Below, in pieces: positions 45,114 through 64,000 of a DNA stretch of 64,000 bases. Within the stretch, counting starts at the first letter, position 1. Each line of letters starts with the position of its first letter. Both the position numbers and the translations under genes were made by a program. The stretch is taken from NCBI GenBank assembly GCA_039621445.1, contig CP154954.1:8186634-8250633 (forward strand), given 5' to 3'. Source of the DNA: Euglena gracilis. Its lineage: Eukaryota. Below the pieces are notes generated by a model. It searched no databases. It was given only the letters and a program-made list of their open reading frames with translations, and was not told the DNA's origin.

Positions 45114-47850
45114 TTTGACGCGCCCAAAAGGGCAAGGGCAGGACTTCGATAGGAAAACGCCATCGTACAGTGATTGTATCTCCCCAGGGTCTGCCGCCGA
45201 GATAAACTGCACCAGTACTTCTTCCATAGGGCGATTAATAACAGCCAACTCCGGCAAAATAAGGCAGTAAAGGGGAAAGGCCTAAACCTGCCCAAAAACA
45301 TTCACATTCAAACAGCCGGCAAACAAGGCATAGCCTCACTTGGGGGAATGCGAAGCCCGAGGTGTCTTTGTGCTCCGCCCCCGGTGTCCCTTCCTCCCTT
45401 GTCTTCACTTTTCCTCCAGGGAGTACGACTCCCCTTTAAAAAAAACGGAGGTGAAGGGGGGTGGGATAAAAGACGTCTGTTATTTTTTTCGACGGCGTCG
45501 TGCATGTTTTTAGGGTGGTGGGTTGGGGTCCCCCCCACCCCTTGGGGGGGGTCCCGGGGGACCCACAAAAAATGGCCGAAATTGCGAAAATCCCCTCCGA
45601 GGAGATCCCCCAGTGGGGGGTGGGGCTTGGCCGGACCCACGCCCCCCAGGCGGGGTGCAGTCGCCGCAGCAGCTGGCGAACCTGGCGGTGCGGAGGAAAC
45701 GTGGAGATCTCTCTTTTTTCCAACAAAAAGCCCCACCCAGGGACGGCCACGGACTGTGGAACACAGTGGCCAAAAAGACCAGGAGGAGGGAGGAGCCCCC
45801 GTCCCAATACGGGCAGGAACGCCTGGCATTGGGGGCTTGGCCGGACCCACCCACCCCACCCTCCCCTCCGGGTCCAGGACTAAAAAAAACCCCTGGAAGG
45901 ATGCCCCCTTCAAAATTTTGGCCTCTCAAAAATTTTGGGGAAAAATTCGGCCTGTTCCAGTGGCCAATGTTTCTGAACAACCATCGCTGGGACGCTGGAC
46001 GGCCGCGGAACTTGGAACGCAAACAAATCGCCGGAGGAGAGCTGGCGGTTCCCGCAGGTGCGCGAAGGGGAGGGCGTACGATGCGACGCGGCAGGCACAT
46101 CGCCCCTGCAGCCATGCCGGGAGCGAATGACTCATCTGCACCAGAGGCGCAGCGACCCCCGCCAGGCTTCGCCCTCGCGGTGGTCTGCCCACGCGCACGA
46201 CCCGCTCCATCCACCCGAACCCTGATGACCCTTACCCGACCCGCTCCATCTATGTCACACGTGACGCAAGAGACCGCGCGCAGCATGTGCAGATGTGCGC
46301 ATGTGCATGTCCAGCTTTGCGTGAAAATGCGACGCAAGCCGGATGTGACAAATTCAACAACGTTGCGAAAGAGCACAAACATTTTCTGGATGTCAAATCC
46401 ATGATCAATTCCCACTGTTTTTCACCGCGACTCCCTCGCGGCACTGAAACAAAGTTGATCGAAAGCAAACAGCGAACATTCACTGAAAAACAATCGCACC
46501 GGCAACCCGTGGCGCTTCGTGCCTGCGCAATAAAAAAGATTGGAAATCAGAATGCTATGCATTCAAGACCGCAGCCTGCCACATACAGAGGAAAATACAG
46601 CGAGGGGCAGGGAAGCAAAACTGTTTGTCTCAGGAGCTGTCTGTTGGGAACGATCGGAGATGACGCCGCCGCCTGCCTGACAAAACGACAACCACGATTT
46701 TATCATTTGTGGAAGGCATCAGGTGAGTGGGGTTCCGGCAATAATCACCAACCAAGCAGAACGAGAGTGGGAAAACGAGCTGAAATACGGGGGGGAGGGT
46801 TGTTGAAACAAACCCGGGCAGGCAGTGGCGTCGCCCGCCTCCTGGAAATTCAGGGCCGGCCGGCCAGGGCCCGAAGCACAGTTTGCGTAACGGTCTGCGC
46901 GCCGGGCCGACCCGACCCCCTGACTGAGGGCGGGGGGCCCGCAATCAAACGAGACAGCACACTTGGGTCCTCTGCAATTCATAAAAACCAAATGAAATTG
47001 TTCTTTTTTGGAATGCTGGAACGAAACGCCCGAGGACATGAAACCAAAATCACCCCCCAGTGTCCAAAGAAAGCAAAAAGCAAAAAAAAAAAAGGCGAGG
47101 TCCGACAAAAATTGCGGTCCAAACAAGCCTGGTTCGTTGGACACGTGGGGGGGAGGGTGGCTTCGATGACACCGATGATTGTCTGCCGGGGGCTTTCTAG
47201 CAGGAAAGGTCTCCATAGTACGGCCCCATTGGGGACTCCGCCCCACAAAGCCTCCAAAGGGGGCTGCACCTTCCCTTCAGCAATTGAAACCAGAAAAGGT
47301 CGGACTGGAGACATGGGACACATGCGACAACATCGATGCGAAGAATGAGCGGCCGATGGAATGGTGCGGCGATGGGGAGGGACTTCGGCCGCATAAAGGG
47401 GGAGGGGGGCAAGGGCTGAAAAGGGACCACCCACCCATCCACCCACACACCGAGGAAGATTGTATCCAATATGCACAAAAATTACCCACAACCTCCAAAA
47501 CGTCACTTATTTTTCTGGACCCCGTATGTATGCGTGACTGGCACAGTGGCTGTGTTTTGCCCATCGTCCATGTTCTGCAGGTGTTGCGTGCGTGCATACG
47601 CGTGCATGCGTGCGCGCGCGTGTGTGCATGTGTGCGGGTGTGGGTGTGGGTGTGGGTGGGTGTGGGTGGGTGTGGGTGGGTGTGAGGGTGTGTGCACGTG
47701 CGTGTGTGCCTGTGCACATACCCAAATGCACATACATGTGTCCAGGCCAGACGACCAGAACCCGGATGTTATGCCAGTCCATCCGGCCCTTCACAGGGCG
47801 ATGCGATGGCGTCGATTCGGCGAAGCGGGCCGCCCTGGGGGGCGGGCCGC

Positions 47851-63582
<15,732 letters not shown>

Positions 63583-64000
63583 CTGCAGAGGGAGGGGAGA
63601 GGGTTGGCACATTGTTTCCTCTGTGTGCCTGCGGGGGTGAAGTGTTGTGACGCTCAAACCTGGTCTTGGGGGATTTCGGCCTGTGCCCAGGCACATTCCT
63701 TTGAAAATAGGCCATTTTCGGCTCCCCGGCGCCTTTGGCGCCAGGTCTGTGCTAGGGCACTTTTGGCCGTGTGCCCCCCCGGGGGGGGTCAAATCGGGAG
63801 TGTCTTGGAGTGCCTGCCCAGGCAGGCACTCCCCCCCAGGGTGGGGTCGGCACCCGACTAAAATACGGCCTGGGGGGCATCTTGAGGTGCGATATCACCA
63901 AAACGATTTATGTCGCTGCTCCAAAAATCCTGTTCTGCTATTTTTCAAAAAATCTTCCAGGAATCTCATTTTGTTTTCTATTTTCAGCAAATCTTTTCCT

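Larger units (their letters stand above)
38356..45367 (-). mobile_element. Full-length but decayed DIRS1-type tyrosine-recombinase retrotransposon
   Basis: ITRs ~45242-45339 and ~38422-38518; internal complementary region 38616-38718 complementary to both termini; gag-like frame ~45230-42800; RT (YLDD 41974-41985); RNase H (HINVKELLA, VDNQ, ADPLSR); MTase; YR. Frameshifted and interrupted by two insertions. Confidence 0.92.

Overview
Repeat-rich eukaryotic nuclear DNA, most likely from a euglenid: host exons are separated by non-GT-AG introns with CAG at +4..+6, CTG at -8..-6 and base-paired ends. The centrepiece is a structurally complete, young 13.9-kb Ty3/Gypsy LTR retrotransposon (20873-34787). 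It has 638-bp LTRs ending AGTT...AACT, a 4-bp TSD CTTG, a tRNA-iMet PBS and a PPT. Its Pol begins with a C5-cytosine DNA methyltransferase (then protease, RT, RNase H, integrase, chromodomain) and is separated from Gag by a single in-frame CAA-TGA-CGG stop followed by an 11-bp hairpin, a likely readthrough signal. Around it are two decayed DIRS retrotransposons (one full-length with ITRs/ICR, RT, RNase H, NPPW methyltransferase and tyrosine recombinase, carrying two nested insertions), a non-LTR restriction-like endonuclease fragment, hAT-like MITEs whose CAG...CTG plus 8-bp TSD geometry matches the nonconventional introns, and two DINE-1/Helentron-like elements with 206-bp internal tandem arrays. 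Two partial host genes are present: an APC-family amino acid permease (+, left end) and a membrane protein with thrombospondin type-3 repeats and a choice-of-anchor-A-like domain (-, right end). Homopolymer lengths look unreliable, so single-base frameshifts may be assembly errors. All domain calls are by motif recognition, not database search.
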